Origin: Antedon mediterranea
Lineage: Eukaryota; Animalia; Echinodermata
NCBI RefSeq assembly: GCF_964355755.1
Contig: NC_092671.1
Coordinates: 26,176,070 to 26,240,069, forward strand
Length of the DNA stretch: 64,000 bases
Reading direction: 5' to 3'
The position numbers were made by a program, and so were the translations under genes. Under the pieces are notes generated by a model that saw only the letters and a program-made list of their open reading frames with translations, was not told the origin of the DNA and did not search any database. Of this stretch, positions 23,280-37,116 are shown one piece after another. How positions within the stretch are numbered: the first letter of the stretch is position 1; each line of letters begins with the position of its first letter.

Positions 23280-24405
23280 CACAAACTGCATAAAAAATGC
23301 TGAACGAAGTCGAAGAGTAGCCATCGGCTCACAAACAATTAAAATACCAAAAGCCGAACAGCAAATTCCAGAACAGTTGAAAACATTTTTATCTGCTAAT
23401 CAAGTTCTTCTTTCAAATATGAAGCATGTGTGAAGCAGATCACCTCAAGGGAATAAATGTATTCATAACATCATCATTATTATGCCATTCTATTTCAGAA
23501 TCAAATGGAAAAGTTTTAATCAAGAAGAGGCAGACACCAGAATGTTTCTGTATGCGAAGTATGCTGCACACCATGGTGGTAAAGATATTGTTACAATCAG
23601 CCCTGACACTGATGATGTTTTTATTATTGGATTGGCATTTTGCAAAAGTCTGCATGGCTCTCACCTATATTTCAATACTGGAAAAGATGCTAATCTCCGA
23701 ACAATTCATCTGCAGGCTATTCAGGAACATATTGGAAATGATGTTTCAAATGCATTAATTAGACTACATTGCTTCACAGGATGCGATTCAGTCAAAGCTT
23801 TTTTTGGGAACGGTAAAGTGAAGGCAATGAAACTCGTAATGGAAAACTCTAATTTATGCATTCTTTTCATTGGGCAATTCTACCAGCAAACTTTCAGATG
23901 AATTACTTTGTGATCTAGAAACATTTGTGTGTAGGCTGTACAGTATTGTCACAAGAACCAATCTGTCAATGAAGTAAGGTATGCAATGTTCTCAATGAGC
24001 TGAAAATATGATGCCACCCAATAAAGATACTGTATGTAAACATATTCAGCATGCCAATTCTCAAGCTTCAATTCACAAAGCTAGTTTTATTCAACAACAA
24101 AATGCTCCATCTCCTGTTGGAAATGGGTGGAAGATGGCCGATAATAAACTCGTAATTGACTGGATGGAGAAGCAACCTGCTCTACACAGCATTCTCGAAT
24201 TGTCATCCTGGTCATGTAAAAAGTCAAAATGCAATGAAGGGGTTGCAAATGAAAAATGCTGTGTATCCTTAGGATTCTCTTGTACAGAATTATGCTCGTG
24301 CAAAAACTGTAACAATCTTCTTCATACATCAGATGTTTGAAATTGATGGAGATGATAGCGATGATGAGGAAGAGTTTGAGCAGGAAGAACTTTTTAGTGT
24401 AGTTT
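23280..24405 (+). pseudogene. Frameshifted XPG/FEN1-like nuclease domain, Cys-rich C-terminus and acidic tail of the Academ-like transposase
   Basis: EEADTRMFLY, SPDTDDVF, LHCFTGCDSV..FFGNGKVKA, PSPVGNGW, SCKKSKC...CC...SCTELCSCKNCNN; several stops and frameshifts. Confidence 0.85.
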
Positions 24406-24466
24406 AAGTGTAATTTATGGTTTACAAATGTTCATTTTACTTGGTCTACATGATTTTAATGTAATA

Positions 24467-24985
24467 GGCCTATAATATGTAAATTTATATTAAACTATTT
24501 TGTAACTTAACTATTTTGTAACGTAAAGGATGAACCATGAGAAAGTATAAATAAAGAACCCATGAGGTGATAAGCAATATTAAGACACAGGAGTATTATA
24601 AGAAACTTTCTACTTTGATGCTTACAATACATTAATATGCCTATAAAATGTAAATTTATATTAAACTATTTTGTAACTTAACTATTTTGTAACGTAACGG
24701 ATGAACCATGAGAAAGTATAAAATAAAGAACCCATGAGATGATAAGCAATATTAAGAAACAGGAGTATTATAAGAAACTTTGCTGTAATACAGTAATTTC
24801 ATTTATTTGTTACTAATTGATTATAATTCTATGTTATACATCTACAATGAAAACAATAATGCAACATTTGATTTATTACTAATTGATTATAATTCTATGT
24901 TATACATCTACAATGAAAACAATAATGCAACATTTGATTTATTACTAATTGATTATAATTCTATGTTATGCATCCAATGAAAACA
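24467..24985. repeat. Local tandem duplications (~170 bp x2 and ~67 bp x2.5) inside the Academ-like element
   Basis: Repeated GCCTATAA..TGTAAATTTATATTAAAC blocks and TACTAATTGATTATAATTCTATG blocks. Confidence 0.85.
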
Positions 24986-27824
24986 AAAAGTTGCAATTAT
25001 ATAGGAGAGATAATATTAATAAATATTTTGTGACAGCATAGTCATGAATTATAAAGATTGAAAATGCATCTTCTTTTCAGTGTGCTTAAATAAATATTAA
25101 TTAAGGTTTACTAACAGATACATTTCTTACAAGGACTACAATATTAATCTCAAAATTATGATAAAAATATTGCATGTTAAATGTGAAAGAAAGATACAGT
25201 ATAAGTTATTCCAATGGAACGATTGTATTTTATCCAGTACTAACACTAACAGAAAATATACAAAATAGAGGGCGCTATTTCTATGTATTTCTTTATGTTG
25301 AGAAATTCGATTTTTTTACACCTAAAATTACACTTATTGCGTAACTTTTGAAAGCGGGACCGGCTGAATTTGTGTTAATCTAATTATTAACTATAAACTG
25401 TGTGAATATCTTCCTCCCCCCCGTTAGGAGATCACGAAATTCGTTTTCTAGGCCTCTTTTTGGCTCATGCCCCATAGCCTAATATTGAATCGTAGGTTTT
25501 CCTCATTTTTTCGGAATTGTTTATATTGTTTTATCGTTATATATCAGGCTTATTAGTTCATTCTCTGGTATAAGATATGACCTGTCGTATTAAATGCATC
25601 CAATGAATGCGAACGCGATTTTTCGCGCACGTGCTTTATTCACGTTAATCATTCACCACAAAATTGCTCTATAATTACGTTGGAAAATCATGCTTTTCTA
25701 AAAATGCATAGAGAGGAGGGAGAGAGAGGAGTGGGGAGAGGCTTCTGTCCATATTTCGAAATCCGGAATGATCCACCGCTGAAATTCGTATAAAAGTTAA
25801 ACTTAACAAGATCAAATAAGTAACAGTATAATTTTGTTAAATATAAAAGAAGAAGAATCACATTTTATTGATTTACGTCACGATTTAGCTGTCATCTAAA
25901 TTATCTATGTTTAGTCTCTAGATTTTTACTCTAATTTGTATTCTTTCAATAAACCTCATTGTAGAAAATAAGTAATTTCACTGCAACCTTTTCTGAAAAC
26001 CAACATTGCCTTTGGTAGACCTTTTATTATAAATTCCATTCCATTACTTACAATTATTTTACAATAGTTGTTAAATTTATAAACATAATGTTAGGGCGAG
26101 AGAGTTGACCGAGAGATTAATTTGAAAGTACATTTAAACAACCGCGGCATATTAATCGTCATTTAATTTTGTGATAATAATATCAATGCATTGGAATAAT
26201 TGAATATAGTGACATATTATAGCCAATGGGTGATTAGTGGTTTAAGGTAATTTGTATTTATTATCATACAAAATGTATCGACGACACGTTAAGTTTTAAA
26301 CAACCAACCTTGCATCATTATTCGCAATGCCGGTAGAGAATGGTTGATTTTTAATTATATTTTTGCTACTCGGAGACTGCGGAAATTAACAAACTCGTAG
26401 AAAAATAAAACCCAATTCTTGATTTTCTTTTGTAGAATTAGGCATTGATATGTATGTAATCAATCTTATATCACATAATATTATATCTAAAAAAAATAAT
26501 CATACTTTACGTTTCAGAAACATAAAGCGTTAGAAGTGATCTTTTATCGAGTTGATAGATTGTCCGGTGATTTTTTAATTCAGTATGTCTTTTCTGATGA
26601 CAATAGGGCATCTTTTCATTGGAAAATTAATTTCAATTAAAATTACAATAAAATAGATACTATATGTAACATCAGGAGCGTATGGTGGAGGTAATGTCGG
26701 TGTCATGTCAGAGACAATAAACTACGTAGCGATAAAATACACAAGAAGATAGGTTGTTAGGAGAAAAAAACCTGTAGGTGCTGTATATTGTCTCTATAAG
26801 ACGGTATGGATGTTTTCGTGATGTGAAGTTTAATATGGTTTAAGAAAGTAAACTGCATAATGTTCCAAAAATGTTATCCAAATATAAAAGAAGGAGAAAG
26901 CAACCTATAGTATGTCATGGAGTAGGGTGGATTCCTTTCCTCATGATATTATAAAACATTCTTTTAAATAGGTTGTAATTGGTTCACTATGACTAATATA
27001 AACTAAAATTAATTTGAAAATGATTGAACAATACCAAATAACATTGATTTTTAACAAAATTACTTGTATCTTAGAGTTAAATACCATACTGCATTGACTG
27101 GCATATTATATATTATAGTGATGAATGGGGTTGCTTTATTATTTGTTAACAAGCAACATGTTTTCAATATTTATATTATAATTTAAATTTATTTGTGTTT
27201 GAAGGGTTATGGACAAAGCTTATATCTTACCCTGCTACCTACTGCTAATTTGCCAAATTTGAATCTATTATACAATTTTTTTCTTAATGTGGGTTGAAAT
27301 TTCATTGATGGCTTTAATTGCAAGAAAATGATAAACGTGTTAAACGATCTTTATTAATATTGAGTTAATGGGTGTCATTATTCATTATATATTAGACGTT
27401 TTAAAGCAGATAATAGTTTGCATGCGTTAAATCAAATATTTTAAATATTTTAATAGAGTAATGCAAATATTATATAAAATGCAGTGTCGATTTAAATGTC
27501 ATCAAATCGGTTTAATATACAGTCTTACAGAATTCCATTTATTTTAAATTAAGATTGTAATTGTAAATCGGAATAATTATCATTCCGTGTGAAAACGGAT
27601 TTATTACTTTATACATGTTTTGCATATAGTGTCTCAACAAATTTAGGGCCAGAATAGTACATCCAGCAATTCATAAACTTTAGAGGCAGTTCAACTGTTC
27701 CTTTTATATCTATCAGATTTAAAGCGTGGTTCCGACTAAAGACACAACGCAAGGACGTAGACGCAGAGCGCAAGCGAGTTTGACCATTCAAATAATCAAA
27801 CCATTTGAATGCAGCTAATGAATA

Positions 27825-28138
27825 TTATATAACACCTATATAAATTCCTGTCATTTGATTGGACGAATGTGGGTCACATGGCGTGCAATAGTACGCACTA
27901 TTCAACGATCGTTAAATAGTACTTTTTGAAACATTTTTGTGTACGAAAAAAAAACGTCTAGATGTTATATAAAACAAATAATGAATGTTTTGTATTCGTG
28001 TAATGGTACAAATAATGGCACTTGGTGAATGATGAAAGGTTATATCAACTCGGCTTTGCCTCGTTGATATAACCTTTCATCATTCACCTCGTGCCATTAT
28101 TTGTACCATTGCACTCATAAACATTCATTATTTGTATA
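27825..28138 (+). mobile_element. Non-autonomous element ending in a ~160-bp palindrome (27974-28135), short copy
   Basis: Arms ACAAATAATGAATGTTT...AAACATTCATTATTTGT around CTCGGCTTTGCCTCG; head TATAACACCT..AAATTCCTGTCATTTGAT shared with the other copies. Confidence 0.7.
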
Positions 28139-28419
28139 CTAGTAACAAAGAAACGCATATAGCATTCACAATCATGAAATTGATAGATTTGGTTAAACAT
28201 TAAGAAAATGTTTTGAATTTGTGTTATTAATTTAAATTTTAACTTTATTCATTTTAAAACAATCTTTGATTTTTGTCAGATTTACATTGCTCAAAAGAAC
28301 ACATATTCTTTGTACGCGCGCGTTTAATCAATGATAATAATGTTAGTTTTTGTACGCTCGTGTTCAATCACTGATAATAATTATACAGTTTGTCTACGCG
28401 CGCCTTTATTAACTAATAT

Positions 28420-29965
28420 TATATAACACCTAAATAAATTCCTGTCATTTGATGGGACGATTGTGGGTCACATGGCGTGCAATTGTACGCACTATTTTTT
28501 TCAATTCAATTCATCGACATTTTTATTCCATAATCAAAATAAAAACGTATACAAATACAATACAAATAATAAGATAATGGAATGGGATACAAAATAAGCA
28601 CAAGTGCTTTAAGCATGTAACCCTAACAAAAAGATCAAACAATTAGTACAAACAAAAAGAACAAACCAAAATAACATAATGTGATTTACTTAACTTAAAT
28701 ATTTCTATTGTTATAATATTGCTTTAATCTCTGTTTAAACAAACTTAAAGTGGGGGATTGTTTTATATAGTCTGTTAAATTGTTCCAAATATGTGTTCCT
28801 TGGTAGGAAATACATTGCTGTCCGACTTTGGTGCGTTTTAGTTGTGGACAGTAGTTTGACCTGTTTCTAGTTGAGTAATTATGGAATGAGGCAGGTGTAC
28901 TAAATAAGTTATTAAATGATTCAGGTAATAGATTATGTTTATATTGATACATAAATATAGCAGTGTGTTTTGTATAAAGGTCAAAAATATTAAACGATCG
29001 TTTAATAGTACTTTTTGAAACATTTTTCTGTACGAAAAAAAAAACGTTTCGCGGATGAAAAAAAATCTAGTACACAAATTATCCTATGATATGGCTCTGT
29101 ACTGTGAAATACAACAGCGCCACCTGTCGTCTGGCCTCTGTTTCGTTTTTCTTTTAAAAATTTGTGTACGAAAAAAAAACGTTTCGCGGATGAAAACAAA
29201 TCTAGTACACAAATTACCCTATGATATGGCTCTGCTGTACCGTGAAATACAACAGCGCCACCTGTCGTCTGGTCTCAGTTTCATTTGTAAACATCACCGC
29301 GAGATATGCAACAGCAGCAGATATTTGTGTATGATTTGGACATTATGTACTAATTTCATTCAAAAAGGCATTTAAATTAGCTTTAGATCGTTTTTAGGAT
29401 TTTGATTAATTAATGGGGACATCCCTACAAGACGTGGAATTGTTGGAAAAACCATAATTAGCTTAGATAAGTTCCAATTGTCAGTCGAAATTTTGCTTTT
29501 CAGCCAAGCTAGTACAAGGCTACTAGGTCTAGCCTAGGCCATGCTAGTATTAGGCTAGGCCTAGCCTAGGCGTTTTAGCCTTGCTAGGCCTAGGATTGTT
29601 TGGTCGTTTGTTGTCATAATTAACACAAAAGTAGGTGTGTTTACGAAATCCATATAAATATAACATTTAATATAAAATTATTAAAAACCAAATGTTACTG
29701 TTTTTAATCAATGTGAATGAAATGTAGTAGGCTTTAGCTAGGCTACCTTTTATTTTATTCAAATGACAAGAATTTATTTAGATGTTATATAAAACAAATA
29801 ATGAATGTTTTGTATTCGAGTAATGGTACAAATAATGGCACTTGGTGAATGATGAAAGGTTATATTTCAACTCGGCTCATCGCCTCGTTGAAATATAACC
29901 TTTGATCATTCACCTCGTGCCATTATTTGTACCATTACACTCATAAACATTCATTATTTGTATAC
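28420..29965 (+). mobile_element. Longer copy of the palindrome-ended element, interrupted by a LINE and carrying a ~136-bp internal duplication
   Basis: Same head; palindrome 29794-29961; duplication within 29020-29280. Confidence 0.7.
28497..28987 (-). mobile_element. 5'-truncated CR1/L2-group LINE
   Basis: HNYSTRN...ISYQGTHIWNNLTDYIKQSPTLSLFKQRLK ORF2 C-terminus, AATAAA and (TTGAA)n tail; TATT repeated at both junctions relative to the empty host site CACTATT(A/C)AACGATCG. Confidence 0.85.
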
Positions 29966-31272
29966 TATTGATACAGTTTTTGTAAACTCGCGTTCAGTAA
30001 CTGATACTAATGTTTAGCACGTGCTCGTAGGATGATAATCGTATGGTTTGTGCGTCCTCGTCAACTGTGTTATTAGACTTCGCTAAAATTATTTCATGTG
30101 ATAGAATAGTTACTAACATGGTTAATATAATAACTAACTTTATTAAATTATATAATAACTATATTTAAATAGGCGCCTGCATGTGGTTTCACATGTCACA
30201 TTGATAGAGCTGTGATAATGTAATATTTATGGTACAAAGCAATGTGCGATTTCGGCAAAACACATCAACATGAGACTGTACAGATTGCTAGTGAAACAAA
30301 CTTTTATTCAAAAAAATAAGAACAGAAACGTTGGTCATTTTATACGCTGGCAGAACATAACATTATAAATAGTGCTTTATTTAACATTAATAAATTGTTT
30401 TCAAGATATAAATATGAATATACAATTATTTCAGGTTTAAGGTGTTTATTTTTAGTTATACTTTTACAGACCATTTACCAATGAAACATCGTGGTACGTC
30501 TCTATTTAATAATTCAATAAATTTATAATAGGAGTAATAGTTGATGTTTTAAGACAATTTTATGTAAAAAATAAATAAAAAGGGTTTGGAATGTACTTAA
30601 TTCTCTCATACGAAGAATTCAACACTACAGTATCATACTGTAAACATTTTTGTTTTTGTTGAATTGTTGAATTTTTATGAATTCCCAATTCATTTTAAAA
30701 CAACTCAACTGATGTATTTAACTTTATTATTGTTTATGAAAACACATTATTACCAAATTGCTAAAATTCAGTCGATAAAAAGACTGGTCCGGCTCCTTAC
30801 AGGCACGAATATTATATTTCGGTGCAGGCTACAGAGCACTGTGTGAACGAGCTGGTCTTACTGGATATCTGTTAGTGGAAATTCGTGATTATTTTCTTAA
30901 ATACACAGCGCGGTAATTATTCATTCATTCATACCCCAAACAAAATACATGATACATTTTGACTATGAAACCAACAAACATGTACTGCACTTTATCAGGT
31001 ACTACAATAGTGCCCTCGTTCACTAATGTCATTTAAACCAAAGAAAACGACAGTTTTTGATAAAAACTATATTTAAACATTCCATTTTTATTATCAATAA
31101 TAAGCAATATTTATCATTTATTATAATTATTATGCAAATAATGTATATTATGTTGTGAAATTGATAGACAATGGTACTGGACAAGGCCTGGAATGTTATA
31201 GGAAGGAACTTCGGTTTTCTTGGGCTCAAACGGATTTTAATACTATTTTTTCTATATAAAAAAAACCGCCCT

Positions 31273-32593
31273 TCAATTCCTCCGCTGTTGTAAATCGATG
31301 ATCTGTAAAATTGCTGCGAGAAGTCCCATATTATCTTCATCTGTGGAGCAGAATATAAATACAGTTGTTAGATAGTGGTTTGGTATTCATGATTTTGCAG
31401 TTTAGTATAGCAAGTCGCATATGCTAGTAATAGTAACCCCATTTTATAGTCAGACTGTTAGTTAGGTTTGCGTTTTGTATTCTGTCAAATCAGTTGGTTG
31501 TCAGTTGGTTATGATAAGTTAGTTTAGTTGGTTGATAGTCAGATAGTAGGGCCTAAGTTAGTATTTAGTTTAGCTAACCCGGTTCGGTAGCTAAAGGTAA
31601 CGGTATTTGTCATCGTCCTGAAGCTGTAGGCCTAATAACTGGAAACTAAACCAAGCAAGCACGGACCAATGGCACACGTAACCAACGCCTACCCAGATCA
31701 GCACACCAATCCCCTACTCTTTTCGAATAATAGGGGGGTTTCGCAACCTTACGAATACGATAACGAAAACGGATACGTCACACATTTTTTAAACTTTTGA
31801 GCTGCTCCCATTTCAAATTCGTAAAGCGTATTCGTGTTGACGAATATCACCAGTCAAATTCGTAACTACAAAACGAATATAGTTTTTGATCTATTTTGCA
31901 CATTTTGCATTTGAATCAGGAATGATTCATGATTTATAATATAATTATAGATTTATTGAAAGTAATTTTCTAAAGTAATTTACTAAAATGCCAAGTCAAT
32001 TTTGATAAATAGTAGTTTTTAAAGTCCTCCCTCGCTTTGACGTTACGCTAGGCTAGGCCTGGGCAGCCAAGCAACACGTACCTGCGCTTCGTTCAACTTT
32101 ACCGCAGTCATTTTTTTGTACTACGGCGCCTCAATATTCGTTGCCATGCGAAACAGATTTTTACTGGCTTACGAAAACGATTACGTGTGTTTGTGACGAA
32201 TATGTTTAATGTTTATCGAATAACATAAGCTAGTTTATTCCCATATCATTACCATCATTTGCTGAAGGATTAAGCCAGTTTTATTAGACTGCACTATATA
32301 TGGCAACATTCTCCAAACCCAAGAAACATATAGGCCTATAGCTTATAGGCCTACAATAAATACCAAGGTAGTGTTCACATACCTTGTACTGTTTCTGTAT
32401 GTGTCCTTCTTCTACGATCAAGTCCTATACCTCTTTCAGGATTGTGACAGCGAATATGCCATACATAACAAGAGCAATCTGCAGGCGGTCGACTTTTGCA
32501 GTTTGAAGGGCAAGAACAAGCATCCACATCGGAAGAATTAATTGAAAATAAGACTACGGATAGATATAGTAGGGCTAGCCGAAAGCCTAACAT
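31273..32593 (-). CDS. 92-aa secreted cysteine-rich peptide precursor (coding exons 32593-32383 and 31340-31273)
   Basis: Acceptor TTTTTATTTCAG 2 nt before the ATG; donor CAAG|GTATGT; acceptor TTCTGCTCCACAG; phase-1 join gives MLGFRLALLYLSVVLFSINSSDVDA-CSCPSNCKSRPPADCSCYVWHIRCHNPERGIGLD-RRRR-THTETVQDEDNMGLLAAILQIIDLQQRRN*. Confidence 0.82.
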
Positions 32594-35500
32594 ATCTGAA
32601 ATAAAAACGAGACAGTACTCATTAGGCCTATAAAAGGATTGATATAGATCTATTGTTTCTGTTACTAATACGATTATGTAAAATATTACCATTAAATTCA
32701 TTCAATATACACTCGCCCCAATCCCTAACCCACCTCTCACACTTAAAACCGCATCACTACCGTATCAACAACAGAAATAAAAAAATCACTAATAAGAAAA
32801 CAATAATTTAAAACCATAAACAACATAGGATAACATATGTATAGTAACTAAATAATGACAATATTAATGGAGAAGGAGCAGCAAATTCAGGAAAGCAAAG
32901 ATATTTTGATAGTCAGTGTATCCATGACAACGTAACAATAATTAATTTTCTGGTGTAAAAGCAAAATCTTGATTTCTGCAGGTGTGTTGCAAGGCTTTTA
33001 GCTAAGCCTAATTAACTGTTTTTATGATTCATTTGATTAATTACTATTAGTACTTTAATTTACATACAAATATAATAATAACTAAAAAAATACCATTGTA
33101 TATATATTTTCGAAGAAAAAAACCATATATATTCATACCATCATAAAGAATATAAATATAACAATATACATTTTAAAAAGAAATCCATCTCGGCCAATTT
33201 AAGGATCAGCACTGCGTACAGCGCACAATTCAATTAATAGTGACATCAACTACAGTGTGGTAATAGCTGCACTTGTTGGAGCATTTTAAGTGACAGATGT
33301 ACACATTGGGTTATAACAAAACTTAAAAAGTAGAAGTTGTTATCATTAGTAGATGTGGTGAATTTGGTCAATACCTACATAGTGACAGCAGCAGACAGCA
33401 GTGACTGCAGACAGCAGTAGTAGCAGGTACATTATATAGTAGTAACCTATTTGCTACAGCGTAGCTATCATCAGTAGCTGCAGTAAGTGACTGACAATAT
33501 CAACATAGTGACAGCAGTTTCAGCAACTACATTACATGTTAGTAGAGTTTTATTTGCCACACCTTAAGTAGTTATTTAGCAGTATAGCTATATATAGTAC
33601 AGTTAGAGGAAAAATGGCAAAATCAGCACTGTGGTCATGTTACAAGTGTTGTCGAAAAATATAAATGATCTGATAATACTCTTAAAAGTATAAAGCCTTT
33701 TGCCATTTTTCCCTGACTGAGTATACAAAAGTGATAGTTAAGCAGCAGGATTAGCATCTACAATGTATAAGAGTAATTTGCCAATGTACGGATAAACAGT
33801 TATTTAGCAGTAGCTACAGTAAAGTGTCAGTATCTACATATAGAGACAGTAAAGTATTACAGCAGCATGTGCAGAATGGTGGCAGTAGGCCTGTAGTTGT
33901 AGTAGTAAAATTGGTTAGTGTGACAATGGTTCTAACAGTATCTGGAGGGATAACATAGTGTCATCATTAATCATTATAGGCCTACCTACAGTATTGTATT
34001 TTCAACAATGATACATACGTATTAGCACTAGCTTTAGTGGCAGTGAATGGCAGCCGATACCCTTGTTGTCGAAGTACTTTATGACTTAATTTGCTTTAAT
34101 TTGAATTTGTGTGTACAACAAATTATAATATAGAATGGTACAATCGTAAATATTATTAGACAAGACACATTACATATGACACAGACAGACATTTGTTCGA
34201 AACTTAATTAACTTATCGAATGCTTTTAATGAAAAACCCATCACATTATCAACACTAGATAAAGATCACATGACCATGCACGAGTGTGGACAACTTTCGC
34301 GTTGGGAAAACGTGTTAATTTTGAAATAATGAAGTAATAAATTATTCCTAAAGAAAACGCCCGCAGATATACTCATCATCAGTTTTTATTTGTTAATGCC
34401 TTATTAAAAGATTTATTGTTCATTGGCAGTTGACTTTCGTCTTAGAGTTGTGCAGCATCTGATCGTGGTAACTCTGGTAGTCCGTACAAGTGTAAACACA
34501 GGAACTTGATGACGTAATACGCCAGACGATGTTTTATATATACTTTCCGCAGATCAAATCGTGACTATCATCACGAATGATCAATATTGAATTATAAATA
34601 ATAGTGCAAATAAATTATCCCAAGTTTATTGTCATTATTTGAGGCAATTACTATAGTGACCAATTCTAATCACGCTTTCTTTATAGTTCTATTGACTCCC
34701 AAGAAATACAATTTAACGTTTTTATTCTAAATCAGACGATCAACAACCACTGTTGACTGACTTTTTGAGATTTGTCATGACCTCATAAATCAAAATACTA
34801 TTTACAGTTTTTTTTTTTCCAGCTGTATTCTTAGTAAAAGTCGTTTGTTTAAAATCGTAATTTCCCCAGGCAATCTGTCTTTAAATCAAGCTACGTAATT
34901 CAAATTTCTAGAATCTATTGTATTTCATGTTAACGTGTTTATTGATTGATGCAATTCTAAAATAAATGTCTAAAGTGTGATGTGCCCAAATTTTGTAGTG
35001 ATATGCCGAAATATGGTACTGATATGACATCATCATGCCCATGTTGGGCACACTACATTGTTTTTGTAACATAAAGTTTAGTAGTGTAGACAGAACTTGA
35101 CATTTACTTTTAGCCATTTTTCGAAACTTTCCCTGTACTAGCAAAACAAGTATACGTTAATTTTTAACATTAAATCACATAAATAAAATGTATACTATAC
35201 TCTATCTAAATGTAAATAAGTACAGTTTTTTGGCATGTCTCCCTCTATGTGTACATATACTGTAACTCACATAACAAAACAACTTTCCAAAAAGACAAAA
35301 AAGGGGGCGGTAGGACAATTGCACATTTTGTCAAATTTCAGTTGGTTTCATCAAAGGCTATAGTGGGAATAACATTTTGATAAATAACAGTTTTATTTTT
35401 TTAACAGATTCATTAGTATCTGTCTCCTTGGATTGGATTGGTTATTGGTTTGGCTATTCAACTAGTGGAACCGGGTTTTTTTAGAATTCTTTCCGCACAT

Positions 35501-37007
35501 AAATATTTCTTGAGTTAGAAACCAGTTGGTATTTTCCCTAATTAATTAGGGTTAAAAATATAATAATTTAAACAGGACACAAATAAATAACAAGCAAAGT
35601 GTATTTATTTTTATGTAATTGTAATTTCAGGGAAATTCCCGCAACTATTATAGAGTAAATAAATTTAATTAAATACATCTAATGATTACAGAAATAGTTT
35701 TTCAAAATCCATTACATGATGTTATAAAGAAGTATCCATCCAAGTGTTTTATTTGTGTTGATTTTACGATTGTGTAACCAATTAAAAATGTTATACGTAA
35801 AGTAGGGGTGGTCAGACATATAATCATATATTTGAATTATTTGTACACATATCAAACAAGTATAAATTAATGTAGTCGCTAAGTGACCGAATCATTGCTG
35901 GTCCCATTAGAGTACGCTAATTATACTTTAATTGGTACTTAATTGGACACATCAACGAAATTCACATAAAACATAATTATATTTTTCGAAGAACCATTTT
36001 AGTACGTTTTAGCATTCTAATTTTAAACTTAGAAAAGTGTCAAACAGTCAAGTACACTTAACATAACAATAAATCATAATTGAAATGTAGACAGTGAAAT
36101 TATAAACCACGAAACGGTAAAGATAAGAGAATATTTGTACCAGAGTAAAGAAGACGCACGCGCTGAGAGATTCGAATGCGAATACACCATTATTACGACG
36201 ACCAAACTATACGTCATGTTATTTCATTTTGCGCGTGCGAAGATATTGTAACGTTTGTCCACACAGGTTTGATGGTTTCTGGGTCCCAGGACAACGACCA
36301 ATATGACACATCGATTGGCCTGACCTAGGTTGATCGTTGGTACTCGCACATCGAAAGCTCTCTAATAATATCTTGATAACATTGTCTCAGAAGATGAATT
36401 GTTCATTAGCTCAATGTTACTGCATTAACACCTTTATGCAAATTAGTATAGGCGTAGCCTGTTTGTCTTTGTTTTTTCGACAAACATTTAGAATACAATG
36501 GTAATATAAGTGAAACTTAGGTGGAATTCCTCCAAATGAAATAATAATTTGATATTGTTTTCTACGTATAATTGCTTTTCAATTAGTTTTGTAAAACAAA
36601 ATAATATATAATAGTTTGCGAATCTTTAGATTGTTTGATTTTGTCAAGAAACTCATATGTGTCATGATAAATTTCCTCCATGATATTACCAAGTCACATT
36701 GGGGGTCGTCTGTTAGCGACAACCTCGTGTTTAAAATGGATCATATGCCAACATGGTGTCTACTTTATTCAGTTACTCATTGTTTACACAAAATAGTATT
36801 ACAAAAAGATACACCTAACTGTATCATAATATCTTCTCTAGGACATTCGGAATGATTTACAATGTCTCTTAAACAGCATGTTTAAAAAATAACATACTGA
36901 ATTAAACCTTATTTAAACTCTAATGCAAGAAAAGAAATAAATCACTCTGGATATGCTCGTTTCATCAATACTCTTTTTGGTTTCGTCAATTGAAAACACA
37001 ACTTTTA

Positions 37008-37116
37008 ATAATAATAATAATAATAATAATAAGATTTATATAGCGCACATATCCACAAAAATGCTCAAGGCGCTTGTGAAAAACCATGAAAAAACATATA
37101 AAAATATAAACCTTGA
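37008..37116 (-). mobile_element. L2-type LINE/SINE 3' end with (TTA)n tail
   Basis: Minus strand reads GCGCCTTGAGCA...GGATATGTGCGCTATATAAATC(TTA)n; near-identical copy at 56447-56550 in the opposite orientation. Confidence 0.7.

Larger units (their letters stand above)
21985..25481 (+). mobile_element. Academ-like (AcademX) DNA transposon, internally deleted, 3.5 kb
   Basis: TIR TAGGCTATGGGGCATG...CATGCCCCATAGCCTA with imperfect inverted similarity extending >100 bp; 3-bp TSD ATA; contains an XPG-like nuclease remnant and a Cys-rich finger remnant. Confidence 0.82.

Noticed and set aside
31029-31340. 103-aa ORF MKIIWDF…
   Set aside because: It starts exactly at the acceptor of the peptide gene's last exon but in the wrong frame; the spliced phase-1 frame is better supported.
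32594-32701. N-terminal extension of the 108-aa ORF
   Set aside because: It runs through a polypyrimidine tract and AG acceptor, so it is intronic; the likely start is the ATG at 32593.
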